A stretch of DNA of 64,000 nt from Leucoraja erinacea (lineage: Eukaryota). The stretch's first letter is position 1; the number at the start of each line of letters is the position of its first letter. Shown piece by piece: positions 50,067-62,296 of the stretch. A model generated the notes under the pieces. It made no database searches and was not told where the DNA came from. It saw only the letters and a list, made by a program, of their open reading frames with translations. Both the position numbers and the translations under genes were made by a program. The stretch lies in NCBI RefSeq assembly GCF_028641065.1, contig NC_073407.1, positions 15,004,001 to 15,068,000 of the forward strand, written 5' to 3'.

Positions 50067-53000
50067 ACCTGAAATAAATGTAAACATTTGGTGGTTATTT
50101 GAACCAAACACTTTATAAACACTTGAGATATTAGTCTTTCCATTATGCATTTTGGCGAAGGTTCTTCCACCTGATAACATATCTAACAAATTAATCCACT
50201 AATATTTTCAACATTAAAAAGTGCTGGACATGGACAGGTGTGTTTCGGTTCGAGAGCCGTCTTCAGACTAGTTTTAGGGGCAGGAGTGAATGCTGGAAAA
50301 GAGGGGTGAGGGCAGGACAAGCGGGGCAGGTGATAGATAGATACATGTGGGAAGGGGGACATAATTGGCAGTTAGATGGGCAAAGGTGAGAGAAGAAAAG
50401 GAGACGAAACGTGAGAGATGAGGAGTGAAATGAGCAGCCAGAGGGAAGGATTAAGGTGCAAGGAAATGGGGGAAGGGTGGAAAGTGGTGGTGGGGGGTGG
50501 GGTGCAGGATGGTAGGAAAAAATTGATATCCGCCCGGATAGGGCAGGGAAGGGGGTGGAAATCAGTCTGAATAAGGGTCCTGACCCCAAACATAATCTAT
50601 CTTTGTTCTCCAGATATGCTCCCTGACCTGCTGAGTTACTCCAGCACTTTGTGTCTCTTTTTTGTAAAGAGCATCTGCAGTTCCTTGTGTCTCAATATTT
50701 TCAATGTAGTTGAGATATGTGAAACAGTACTGTAGTTAAGTCAGTTCAATATAAAATGAGGAACATTAAACCAACTTATATTTTGCACAACCTTAATATG
50801 ATCTGATTTTAAATACTGTACAAATTTACTTTCCTAAACTCCACCATAATTCTGAACCATAATTTACTTAGCATGATATATCAAGGCTCTACAGAAGTAT
50901 TGGCTCATAGTCACATGCTTGAAAACCATTTTAAACTCTAGGAACAAGAGCATTATTCAGAGAGGAAAGTGAACATCGATCTTAAAAAAATATTATATTC
51001 TTTAGAAAATGGAAATAAATGTTGTTTGTGCACCTAAGAACTCAAGATTAGGAACAGAGATAGGTTGCATTGCCATCTTGAGATGTTCCATTCAATAAGT
51101 CCTATATGCAGCGGCAGATTTTTCAGATCTTTCAGGAAATTAACTCCCTAGCCACTAATTGGGTGAGAGGGGATAAGGGGAATATCTTCGGTACGCATGC
51201 AAGCTGCCTCAGAGACTTTCAGAGCTTCTACTTTATAAAGCTTCAGCACACAGTCTTTTAATGAATATTTTCTTTATTGTAGATATAAAACAGTAAGATA
51301 CATCCAAGGTTTTCCGACTTGTTCCAGCAATCTTCTTCGAACTCCAGCGCATTGCTTCAGATACTAGAAAACTCCTCGTGTCTCCTTCTTCACATGAGGC
51401 TTGATGCTTGACCTGCTTGACATGGTCGAAGGATAAACCTTCTCCCTCTCCTGTCCAAAACGAATCCCCAACTAAACTAACACGCAAGCAGTTAAGCTGC
51501 ATAAACACGCCCCAAGACACGTCATAAAATCCCACCCACATTATAACGGGCTGGCTAAAATTTAAAGGAACATGCCATCCACAATGACATGCAAAACAGG
51601 CCAAATGGCCACTACACTATATGCTTTAATCCACTTTGGTCTAGAAATCCATCTAATGCAGCCATAAATATCCTTATGGCAGTTTCCACAACTCTCAGGG
51701 TAGAAAACGCAAAATACTCGTGACCTTCTAAGGAAACTCCTCCTCAAATCAAACTGAAGTGCACAATACATCACCTTGAGCCTTTTGTTTTATATCAACA
51801 TTACAGCATCTCCTGGTCAAGCCCTCACCCCGCCTACCCCAACCCTCACCAGAATGCTGCACGTCTCAATGAAATTACTTCTCATGCTTCAAAATCCACA
51901 GAGAAGGGCCCATGTAGTTCCTTTTCCTACAGAACATTCCCCTCATTTCAGAAATCAACCTAATTAATATATACTGCTTGCCTAAAGTACACGCAGCATA
52001 TATCATGTTCATAGGGTCTTGGAGCAGAATTAGGCAAGTTGGCCTATCAAGTACACCCCGCCATTCAATCATGGCTGATCTACCTTTCCCTCTCAACCCC
52101 ATTCTTCTGCCTTCTCCCCACAACCCCTGACACCCTTACTAATCACAAATCTTTGATTAAATTTGTCATATTTCAGGTTCTGACTTTGTCCACAAATAGA
52201 TACTTATTTTTTTGCTGTCAATGCATCAGTCTTGTACACCAAGGTATTCAGTATCCATTGATCCCACTGTACTGAACCCACATTTAAATGATGCTTGGAT
52301 AGGAAAGCTCTAGAGAGATATTGGCCAAAGGCAGGCAAATAGGACTATCTTGGATGGAACATCTTGGTTGGCATGAGATGGGCTGAAGTTTATCTTAGTT
52401 TAGTTTAGTTAATTATTGTCACTTATACAGAGGTATAGTAAAAAGCTTCTGTTTGCATGCCAATCAGTCAAAAAGACTGCATGAATACATTCAAACCATC
52501 CATAGTTCACAGATAAAGGTTAAAGGCACTATTTAGTGTAAAGATATAACATTGTAATCCAATAAAGTCCCATTAAAGATAGTTCAAAGGTTTTCAATGA
52601 GGTAGATGGGAGGTTAGGATCACACTCTAGCTGCTGAGAGGACCATTCAGTTGCTTGATTATAGCTGGGAAGATACTGTCCCTGAATCTGGAGGTATGCG
52701 TTTTTAAACTTCTGTACCTCTTGCCTGTGAGTAAGAGAAGAGGAAGTGACCAGTGAAGAGACTGATCCTCGATTATGCTGGCAGTCTTGACAGGCAGCGT
52801 CAAGTGTAAATTTTTGTTTGGTGAACAGTCTAGTTTGAGTGTTCCCAAAGGCCATTGTATTTGTTTAGTTAAGTTTATTGTCACGTGTACCAAGGTACAA
52901 TTAAAAGCTTTTTTGTTGTGTGCTATCCAGTCAGTGAAAATACTATACAAGATCCACAGTGTATACAGATACAGGATGGTCTGGCTACATCTACAACTCT

Positions 53001-54659
53001 CTTGAATTTCTTGCAGAAGTTTCAGTACTGTATGACTCTATGATCATCAACATTCATTCTATTTTACTGGTCCTAGATTGAAATAGATAAACACATTTCT
53101 ACACAATATATACTATCTGCCATTTTTTCCTCACATTCCATTAATTTGTCTGTATCCTGGCTCAGATCTTTTTCATCCCGAGTTTATTTTCCCGTCTATC
53201 TTCAAATAGTCAATGGTACATTAGCATTTTGTTCTATCTTCAAAGAATAAATATACATAAATGTATACATGACAGAGGCTCCAGCACCGATCAATGACAC
53301 ACTCATTATTTTGCCAATTTAAAATAAACTGATTATCCCGACCCAGTGTTTTATGTCTGTAAACTGATCCACTGTCTAAGCCAAGGTTTTTAATCCAAGA
53401 TCCACAAGCACTTCTGTTACATGACATCTTATCAAATACCTTGTGAGAATCAAATATCTTCTGAAAATCACTGCACGGGGATCCAATAATCATCCGATTT
53501 GACCAAGGGGATAAATAAAACCAGAAGCCATGAAATGTTAAACAGGGCATCATGTTAGGGGCAAAACATATTTATTTTCAGTTATTGACTTCAGGATGGA
53601 GAATCAAAGCATCAAAACACGATGGAATCGTGATCCTTCAGAGGACTAGTCAAGTTCTTTACAGCTGGGGAGTTATTGAGCAATGAACCACAAGCAAAGG
53701 CTGGTGTTCCCACACAAAAAAATGTATGGCCAATCTTCCAAAACTCCTTAATACCTTTGATTAACAAAAACCTATTATGCCCCAATAGAAATTAAGAATC
53801 AAACCAGCTTCAATTAAGATTAAATAGTTACTTACTCTAGACACGTTTTCAGATGGAACTTAATTTGAGTAGATGGCTTTTCCCATAAAGATTAGAATTT
53901 GACTTTTCTAAATTCTAAATATAAAAATGTGAGATTATTTAAGAGAGTAAAATTAACAACTCATGTTCAAATAGCTAATAACTTTCGACTTGACACGTAC
54001 TACAAAATATATAAGGTTCCAAGAAATGATATGGTTTAGAATTTTTCTATTGATGATGTTGAAACAAGAATTTTTGATTGTCTTAATATTCCAATTATTT
54101 GAAATATATGAAACCCCCTGACTTCACACAAATTGAGCAGGATGATTAATTTGGGACTATCCTTCAACTAAAAATATATGAATGTACTGTATTCAATACA
54201 TTGCGTCTTAGAGTCACACAGCAAGGAAACGGGTCCTTCAGCCCTTTCCCATGCCAACCAAGACACCCCATCTATGCTAACCCCACCTGCCCAGATTTGT
54301 CATATCAATCTAACCTTTATTATCCATGTACTTGTCTAAATGTATTTTAAATGTTCTTATGGTACCTGCCTCAACTAACACTGGGGGCCTGGGAGCCAAG
54401 ACTATCGATAAGATGGGGGGGGGGGGGGTCTCTCCCTCCACCAGTTGGGCCAAAGTGGACTCTGGTGCACCAGACTCAGGGAGTCCCTCTGGAGCCAGGT
54501 CCTGAGGGAGAGAAGGGCTGGTTTCCCTTACCCCCTCCATGTCTACTGTCTTTAACTGCAGAGACGTGCTCTGCACCTTGCCCTGGGTGGGTTGCTCCTG
54601 GGCTTCCTCGGGTGCTTGATGCGGACTTCCCTCCCCAACAGGATTCTTGGTAACCATCT

Positions 54660-54900
54660 TTTTTTTTTTTACAAAAAATCTATTCAATTATTAAAAAATA
54701 ATATTTACACTACAATAAAACAAGCCAGAACCCACCACCATAAATACAATACAAACATATATCCATAATAAACTATTATACAATTATGATACAATCCTTA
54801 TTGAGGATACATTCAACACCCTGCGGAGCCCAGCAGTCCCGGAACTCCCTCAGGGTGCCCACAGACAGGGCGTATTCCCTTTCTAATCCCACCCGGGCAC
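54660..54900 (-). mobile_element. Probable Tx1-clade LINE 3' end
   Basis: Minus strand reads ...EFRDCWAPQGVE, then an AT-rich UTR and poly(A) (T run at 54659-54670). Confidence 0.5.
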
Positions 54901-55629
54901 GGACGTAACCCCGGAATTGGTAACCATCTTGGAGGGGATGATGGTATATGTGGGGTGGGGGGGGGGGGACCGTTTAATCTCTTCCCTGTACAGGGACACG
55001 ACTTTTTCCCTGTCTGGTCTCCGATGTCGTTGGGCCTAATATCGTGGAGCTGGCGCCGGCCTCCAACCGGAACCAACCCGAGGGCTCCAGTTGCGGAGCC
55101 TGCAGATTCGCCATCGCGGAGCTGGCCGATTTCGGAGTGGGGTGGGCTGTGGTGGCGCGCGGCTGCAACCCGACTTCGGAACTTCAGAGGCTCCGGCCGC
55201 AGGCCTCGTGGACAGGAATATCTGGAGCTCGCAGGTCCCTGGTGGGAGACTGCTTTTCAGAGCTCCCGCAACGGCAACTTCTCCCGCCAGAATCGCAGGG
55301 TTTAAATGACTCAGAGCGGGGCCTAACATCACCCAGCATGGCTTAAACGGCCGCGGGACCTACCATCGTCCGTCGGGGGGCTTTAACATCGTGAACCCCA
55401 GTTCGCCTCAACGTTGCAGTTGGACTGCTGGACCGCGGGAAAAGAACAAAGGGAAGAGATAAAACTTTTGCATCCATCACAGTGAGGAGGTGTTGGAGAT
55501 TCACTGTGATGGATGTTTGTGTAAATTGTGTTAAGTGTGTGTCTTTTTGTAATGTTATGACTGCAAGAATGAAATTTCGTTCAAACCTTGTCTGTTTGAA
55601 TGACAATAAAATGCATTCTATTCTATTAT

Positions 55630-55990
55630 ATTATTGTCCAAGTGGTCCAGTGCGGAGTGGAGAGCCTGTGAGATTGCATCCTCCGTTGACCTGTTGTGGC
55701 AGTAGGTGAACTGTAATGGGTCAAGGTTCTTGTTGAGGTAGTGTACTATAACTAACCTTTCAAAGCACTTCATCACCATGGACGTTAGTGCCACTGGTCG
55801 ATAGTCGTTGAGGCATGTCACCTTACTCTTCTTCTGCATCGGTATTATTGATGCCCTCAAAGTAGGTGGAAACCTCAGACCTCAATAGTGAGAGGTTGAA
55901 AATGTCTGCATCAACTCCAGCCAGTTGGTCTGCAAAGGGTTTGAGAACTTGACCTGGTGTACCTTCAGGTTCAGGTGCTTTCCTAGTTCC
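55630..55990 (-). mobile_element. Rex1/Babar-type RT fragment
   Basis: ADQLAGV.ADIFNLSL; [21 protein letters not shown]; LDPLQF. Confidence 0.75.
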
Positions 55991-57326
55991 TTTCCCCTCC
56001 TCCACCACCTCCACCCACTCATTTTCCAATCCTTCTACTCTGGATCCTCCATTTTTCTCTTCCACCCTCTGGTTTTAATTTTCATTTCGCACCTTCTTTC
56101 CTTGTCAGATTGCACCGTCGGAACCATGCTGGCCTCCACATCACGTCCAGCCTTGGTTTCTATCTCCACCCTTCTCTCCTCCACCTGACACAACACCAAC
56201 CCGACCCTCCTCACCTGCATCCACCTGTCACTTGCCAGCTCTTGCTCACCCCTTCCCACCGCTTCTCTCTCCTCTACTCTATCAGTAGGATGAACAAGAA
56301 GTGTCCCGGCCAGATACACCGTCTGTCCATTCCACCGCGGATTCCGCCTGACAACCAGTGTTCCTCCAGCACTTTGCGTTTTGCTCAAGGCTCCAGTGGC
56401 TGCAGTTTTTTGTGCCGCTATGTTTGGCCGAAGGGCCTGTTTCCACGCTGTGTAATTACTCTGACTAGTGCGACGAGAGTGACAGAGCTAGTTGGTCGTT
56501 TCAGATTTTGCGGGGAACAGTGACAACGTGAGCGGGGACTTTGGATTATAACACTGCACTGAAAGAGGAAAAAAGTGAAAGGAGTAAAGACAGTAAACGC
56601 GCGTTGACAATTTTAATCTTTAATTGTACTCATTACATTTCAATTGTGGCTTGTGTTTAAGATGATTTTTTTTAAATGGCAGCGGACGATAAAGGGATCC
56701 GCTGGAGGTTTCAGAGTGGATGTATTCCGCGGATATTCAAACCATCGACCCTTCTTGTTCTGCTGCAGATCGACAGTGATAATGTTCCTCAAACCACACA
56801 GTAACACAGTCTGTGTTACAGTTCCCCCGAACAAATACAACACTTGCCTGTTCATTCGTCTGCGCGGAGCACACCTCCTGATCGGTCTGAAACAAACGCA
56901 GCCGAGAAGTCAACAACCCGGACCGATGTCTATAATGGAATCTACAGCGAACAAACAGTAAACGCCAGGATGAACAGCAGTCATCTCGATCTTAAAACTA
57001 GACAAAAAGTCGTTCCTTCCTCATTTGCTGCCGAGAATCAGAGGTGGAATTTGGCGTCAGATTCTAATTAGTTTCAAGTTCCATATTATTTCTGCAGGAT
57101 TGGCTAGTCTTTCACATTATTTCCTCCCAAAGGTGAAGGAAAAGCAAGGACAACCACTTATGTGTCCGCAAATTAATAAGAGATTCATTTTTATTCCTTC
57201 CGTATAGATGACGTGGAATACGTTTCAGTTCAGTTATCTTACAAGTTGAGGAGTTTGGTTTGAAGTTTAGAATTTATTTGCAGTCAGAAGTCAAAATAAA
57301 TTCTAGTTGTAACCACGTTCCCTGCT

Positions 57327-59810
57327 TTATACAACTGAGTTTTCCAATTGAGGATGTGAACCTTTTCCGGGGGCTAATATCCTGACATCTATTGGCATAT
57401 CCTGTATAGAAGACAGATTTGCTTTGATCGACATCGGAAGTGTCTCGGATAAGAACTCATCTAATATCAGACCACTTCGTTTCAGTTTGGTACACTGCCT
57501 GATCTCCACTGGGAGTTCTTCCAAAGGATTCCCTTTCAGTTCCAGTTTTGAAAGTAGGGTACATTGCTGAATCTTCCCGCTGAGGACGGTCAGTGAATTA
57601 TCGTTTACCTTCAGAGTCTTGAGCTTCCTACATTGGAATAGTTCGTCTGGTAATGCTTGCAGGTTATTGGAGCTCAAATCTAAAGCTCTAAGGTTTTTGA
57701 GGTATTTAATAGACGAGGGTACGGCGGCCAAGCGGTTGGCGCTGACGTCCAAATAATTTAGTTTCTGAATAGCAAATAGACTATTTGGCAACGTCTCGAT
57801 CTGATTGTCTGATACATTGAAACGTCCAAGGTTGCCAATGGAAGTGAAGGTATCGGGAAGGGAAGTGATTTTGTTGCTACTAAGATTGAGGGAGGACAGT
57901 CTCGGCAGTCGATGGAAAGATTCCAGTTCGTCCACATGGGTGAGTGCGTTTCCCTGGAGGTTCAACTCCTGCAGGTTGTTGATACTGAAGATTCCCAGGG
58001 GTATGGTGTCCAGCTCACAATTTTGTAGGTCGAGGCGAGCCAAGTTGAACATCCCCCCTAAATTGTGGAGCATTTCCAGCTTGTTCCTGTTGTTGAAGAT
58101 GGAAAGGCCGGTCAGGTGGGGCGCCACGTACAGCACGTTGAAAGGGATCTTCGTCAGGTTGCTATTCAGCCGGAGGATCTTCAGATATCGAAGTTCTTTC
58201 AAGAATTCTAGTTCCAATGTTTTGCTGTCTATGTTGACGTTGCCGATCAGGGAGAGCTCCTTGAGTCTGGTCAGCTTGTTGATCCACTCGGGCACCTCGT
58301 CGTGAACGGAAAAGATGACGGACAGCGAGTGTAACTGGTTGCCCAGGAAGAACAACGCGGCTGGTTTAACGATGACAATGCAGTTTACAATGGCAAGCTC
58401 CTCCAGGTTAACAAGTTGGGTAATCTTGGTGCTGATCTTAACGTCGTTGCACAGTTCCAGGTTTAATGACTGTAATTCGGTCACATCGTAGATCGCTTGC
58501 GGGATTCCTGTTAGCATGAAGAGCTGAAGTTCCAGTTGTTCCTTGCTGTTTCGGGTGAGCTGTTGCCTCGCCTTCTCCACCGTCCAGTAGTTGTTCAAAC
58601 TGAGCAGCTTCAGCTTCTTTTCGCTGGTCTCGGACAGGAAGATGCAGAAGCGGGTGCAGTACAGGGGGTCGTACTGGTCGATCATGTGCAGCAAGAAGGC
58701 AAAGTCGTTCTTGACGTCGGGGATGTCGCTGAACTGGGTCTCCCGTTTTTCGAAGGAGTATTGCTTCAGCGGCGTCCTTATGATCCAGATGAGAGTGTGA
58801 AGACAAAGCCCCAAGTACGCGCCGACCAGAAGCAGGTAGACCAGTATCAGTCTCCGTAACAAATAGGCGATGCTGAACGAACAAATAAACAAGTCATAAC
58901 CAACCACGGCCTCCACGCCGGGGCGACAGAGAATGTCAAAGCCGACCTGCCGAATGAACAGGGCGAAGTAACACAGGACGACCAGACACTGTGCGATTTT
59001 AAAGGCCAGTTGCCCCAAATATAGTTTGTAGATGGTGTCTTCCAGTTCCACGTGCAGCCTGAACTTCCTCACCTTCTCGAACAGGGCTTTGGCTTGCTCG
59101 CCGTCTTTCTTGTCCAGCATCTGAAACCGTTTCTTGATGGCCGGGTTCTTGGTTAAGCCTCGAACCGACTCGCTGATGCCTTGGCTGGGCGCCGTGCCTT
59201 TGCGCTTCTCCTGCACCCTGACGTTCATTTTGCTGCTGTCCTCGGTGACCGCCAGGGAGAGCACGTCGGTCGTCCACGGCGACTCGAAACACTTCTCCAA
59301 GATGAATATCAGATGCTCGATTTTGGAACTGGTCTTGGGATATTTGAACCAGAAGTTGCTACAAATCATTAGGGAGACAGTCTGCAGAAGTATAAAGTAG
59401 GTGAAGTACTTAGGGAACCAGGGCACGGCTTGGAAGTAGCATGCCTGGTTGACATAGCGGTATTGCTGATAGTCCAAGGGGCTCTTGTTGTTAACAACTG
59501 CGTAGATAGCGGCATCACGTGAGATTGAATCATATCGTTGGCGAATGGATCTGGGATCAATGGATACATTAAAATCCACAAACATATCTCGCCGACTGAA
59601 GTTAGCGTCTATACTTGAGCGAGCTGTCTTGTTAATTGTAATTGGTAAGCACACAGTCTTCTCCTTGTATATCTGGGTGGTGCCCCCGAACACAGCGATC
59701 ATTAACATGGTTAAGGCCAAGTAATCCATGAAAGCATCCCACCACGGTTTAAAGATTCGGAAGGATGGAGGGGGTTTACTCACTGAAGAGATTTCTTCCA
59801 AGGTAAACAT
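57327..59810 (-). CDS. LRRC8 family volume-regulated anion channel subunit, divergent LRRC8D-like, copy 2 (827 aa)
   Basis: MFTLEEISS...KPWWDAFMDY, NFWFKYPKT, LDKKDGEQAKALFEKVRKFR, FSDIPDVKNDFAFLLHM and an LRR array. Acceptor (ttttgtatttag) lies 2 nt upstream of the ATG at 59810. Confidence 0.93.
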   Translation of the reverse strand: MFTLEEISSVSKPPPSFRIFKPWWDAFMDYLALTMLMIAVFGGTTQIYKEKTVCLPITINKTARSSIDANFSRRDMFVDFNVSIDPRSIRQRYDSISRDAAIYAVVNNKSPLDYQQYRYVNQACYFQAVPWFPKYFTYFILLQTVSLMICSNFWFKYPKTSSKIEHLIFILEKCFESPWTTDVLSLAVTEDSSKMNVRVQEKRKGTAPSQGISESVRGLTKNPAIKKRFQMLDKKDGEQAKALFEKVRKFRLHVELEDTIYKLYLGQLAFKIAQCLVVLCYFALFIRQVGFDILCRPGVEAVVGYDLFICSFSIAYLLRRLILVYLLLVGAYLGLCLHTLIWIIRTPLKQYSFEKRETQFSDIPDVKNDFAFLLHMIDQYDPLYCTRFCIFLSETSEKKLKLLSLNNYWTVEKARQQLTRNSKEQLELQLFMLTGIPQAIYDVTELQSLNLELCNDVKISTKITQLVNLEELAIVNCIVIVKPAALFFLGNQLHSLSVIFSVHDEVPEWINKLTRLKELSLIGNVNIDSKTLELEFLKELRYLKILRLNSNLTKIPFNVLYVAPHLTGLSIFNNRNKLEMLHNLGGMFNLARLDLQNCELDTIPLGIFSINNLQELNLQGNALTHVDELESFHRLPRLSSLNLSSNKITSLPDTFTSIGNLGRFNVSDNQIETLPNSLFAIQKLNYLDVSANRLAAVPSSIKYLKNLRALDLSSNNLQALPDELFQCRKLKTLKVNDNSLTVLSGKIQQCTLLSKLELKGNPLEELPVEIRQCTKLKRSGLILDEFLSETLPMSIKANLSSIQDMPIDVRILAPGKGSHPQLENSVV

Positions 59811-60142
59811 TTCTAAATACAAAAGAGAAATACCATTATTCATAGAACCATTTCTCAAGCTAAAGCCAGGGTTAACACCGAGTGGTCAATAATTGTCGCC
59901 AATGGTGAAATGGAGAAATTTGAACTTTGTAACAGCGAAAAAAAATGAATATTAAGGTATCTAAAATACTAGATGGACATTCTTCCAACCACAACAGCTG
60001 ACAATAACATTTTAACACGGGGACTTTAACATCGGGAAACATTCATATGTACTTCACAGTGGATTTTCAAACAAAATACACCATCCCAAGTCACGTTATA
60101 AGCACTGGCTGGTCAAAGTCTTACTGCAAGTATAAAAGCTCG

Positions 60143-61410
60143 TAGAAACATAGAAACATAGAAAATAGGTGCAGGAGTAGGCCATTCGGCCCTTCGAGCC
60201 TGTACCGCCATTCAATATGATCATGGCTGATCATCCAACTCAGTATCCTGTACCTGCCTTCTCTCCATACCCCCTGATCCCTTTAGCTACAAGGGCCACA
60301 TCTAACTCCCTCTTAAATATAGCCAATGAACTGGCCTCAACTACCTTCTGTGGCAGAGAATTCCACGGATTCACCACTCTCTGTGTGAAAAATGTTTTCC
60401 TCATCTCTGTCCTAAAAGATTTCCCCCTTATCCTCAAACTGTGACCCCTTGTTCTGGACTTCCCCAACATCGGGAACAATCTTCCTGCATCTAGCCTGTC
60501 CAACCCCTTAAGAATTTTGTAAGTTTCTATAAGATCCCCCCTCAATCTTCTAAATTCTAGCGAGTACAAGCCGAGTCCATCCAGTCTTTCTTCATATGAA
60601 AGTCCAGACATCCCAGGAATCAGTCTGGTGAACCTTCTCTGTACTCCCTCTCTGGCAAGAATGTCTTTCCTCAGATTAGGAGACCAAAACTTTACGCAAT
60701 ACTCCAGGTGTGGTCTCACCAAGACCTTGTACAATTGCAGTAGAACCTCCCTGCTCCTATACTCAAATCCTTTTGCTATGAATGCTAACATACCATTCAC
60801 TTTCTTCACTGCCTGCTGCACCTGCATGCCTACTTTCAATGACCGGTGTACCATGACATCCAGGTCTCGTTGCATCTCCCCCTTTCCTAATCGGCCACCA
60901 TTCAGATAAGTCTACTTTCCTGTTTTTGCCACCAAAGTGGATAACCTCACATTTATCCACATTATACTGCATCTGCCATGCATTTGCCCACTCACCCAGC
61001 CTATCCAAGTCACCTTGCAGCCTCCTAGCATCCACCTCATAGCTAACACTGCCCCCCAGCTTCGTGTCATCTGCAAATTTGGAGATGTTGCATTCAATTC
61101 CCTCGTCCAAATCATTAATATATATTGTAAATAGCTGGGGCCCCAGCACTGAGCCTTGCGGTACCCCACTAGTCACTGCCTGCCATTGTGAAAAGGACCT
61201 GTTTACTCCTACTCTTTGCCTCCTGTCTGCCAGCCAGTTCTCTATCCACATCAATACTGAACCCCCAAAACCGTGTGCTTTAAGTTTGTATACTAATCTC
61301 TTATGTGGGACCTTGTCGAAAGCCTTCTGAAAGTCCAGATATAACACATCCACTGGTTCTCCCTTATCCACTCTACTAGTTACATCCTCGGAAGATTCTA
61401 TAAGATTCGT
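60143..61410 (-). mobile_element. 5'-truncated young CR1 LINE (same family as 32827-37100)
   Basis: [23 protein letters not shown] and FADD through to the C-terminus GYGEKAGTGY*, plus tail. Confidence 0.93.
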
Positions 61411-62296
61411 GGTGAGACTACGTTTTTAAAGTGCAGTGGAAGGATGACGGGCTGATTGCAAGAGTGATGATCTTGTCCAATGAGGATACATTATATGACC
61501 AGACCTGCAATCCCTAGAGTTCAGAAGAGTGAGAGATGAATTACCAGTAATTGAATGAGAATTCTTGAAGATGTTAGCAGGGATGGATGGAAGGGAAATG
61601 CTTCCCCTGGCTGGGAGTCCAGAACCACAGCTAGCAGTCTTCAACTAAATTGTGGGAGCGTCAGGAATGCATTGAAGAGAAATTCATTGTTGTGAATGAA
61701 GGGATTTGTTGGAATCCGCAATCCTTGTGTTCAAGATGGAGATCAATTGATCATAAAGGTGAGTCTGGTGCTGGTGCTGGAAGATGGAGCTGATATTAAA
61801 AAGGTATTGGTATTAGATTATTATTGTTATGTGTACAGGGAATACAGTGAAAACATGTGCTATCCGGTCAAATCAGACTATGCACGAGTACAATCGAACA
61901 ATGAACAAATGCAAGAACGATTTTAAAATACCAGAGTATCATGTTACAGCATTATAGCATTACAATTACAGAGAAAGTGGAAGGGCCAGCTGGTCTGAAG
62001 GGGAGCATGCTTTACTCTTGCTTCCTTTTCTTATGATGACAATCTTATCTAGGTAATTAGGTTCATAAATTGACGAGCAAATACCAGGCAAATTGATGGA
62101 AATGTGGGTAGAATAAGTTGGGTCAGGGCAATATTAGTGTGAAGATGGATGCCTCATGGTCAATGCCACTGTAGTGGGCCAAAGGGCCTAGTTCGGTTCT
62201 ATATTTTTATCTAACTAAGACATCACAAAAAGTAACTTAAAAAAAAATATATATATATATATATAATTATATAATTATATTCTGAGGATAATTTAC

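Noticed and set aside
50067-50189. N-terminal extensions of the LRRC8 ORFs in the ORF track (also 59811-59858)
   Set aside because: They begin at non-ATG codons and cross polypyrimidine-AG acceptors. Family homology starts at MFT.
54310-54687. 125-aa minus-strand ORF as a host gene between the LRRC8 copies
   Set aside because: It is a chimera of a poly(A) tail, unassigned GC-rich repeat-like sequence and a CR1 C-terminus (VEAGTIRTFKIHLDKYM). There is no splice or homology support.
47646-59858. Naming either LRRC8 ORF as LRRC8A from synteny, or as LRRC8D outright
   Set aside because: Diagnostic motifs are D-type, the location is A-type, and both proteins are strongly diverged. Orthology needs a tree, so no symbol was given.
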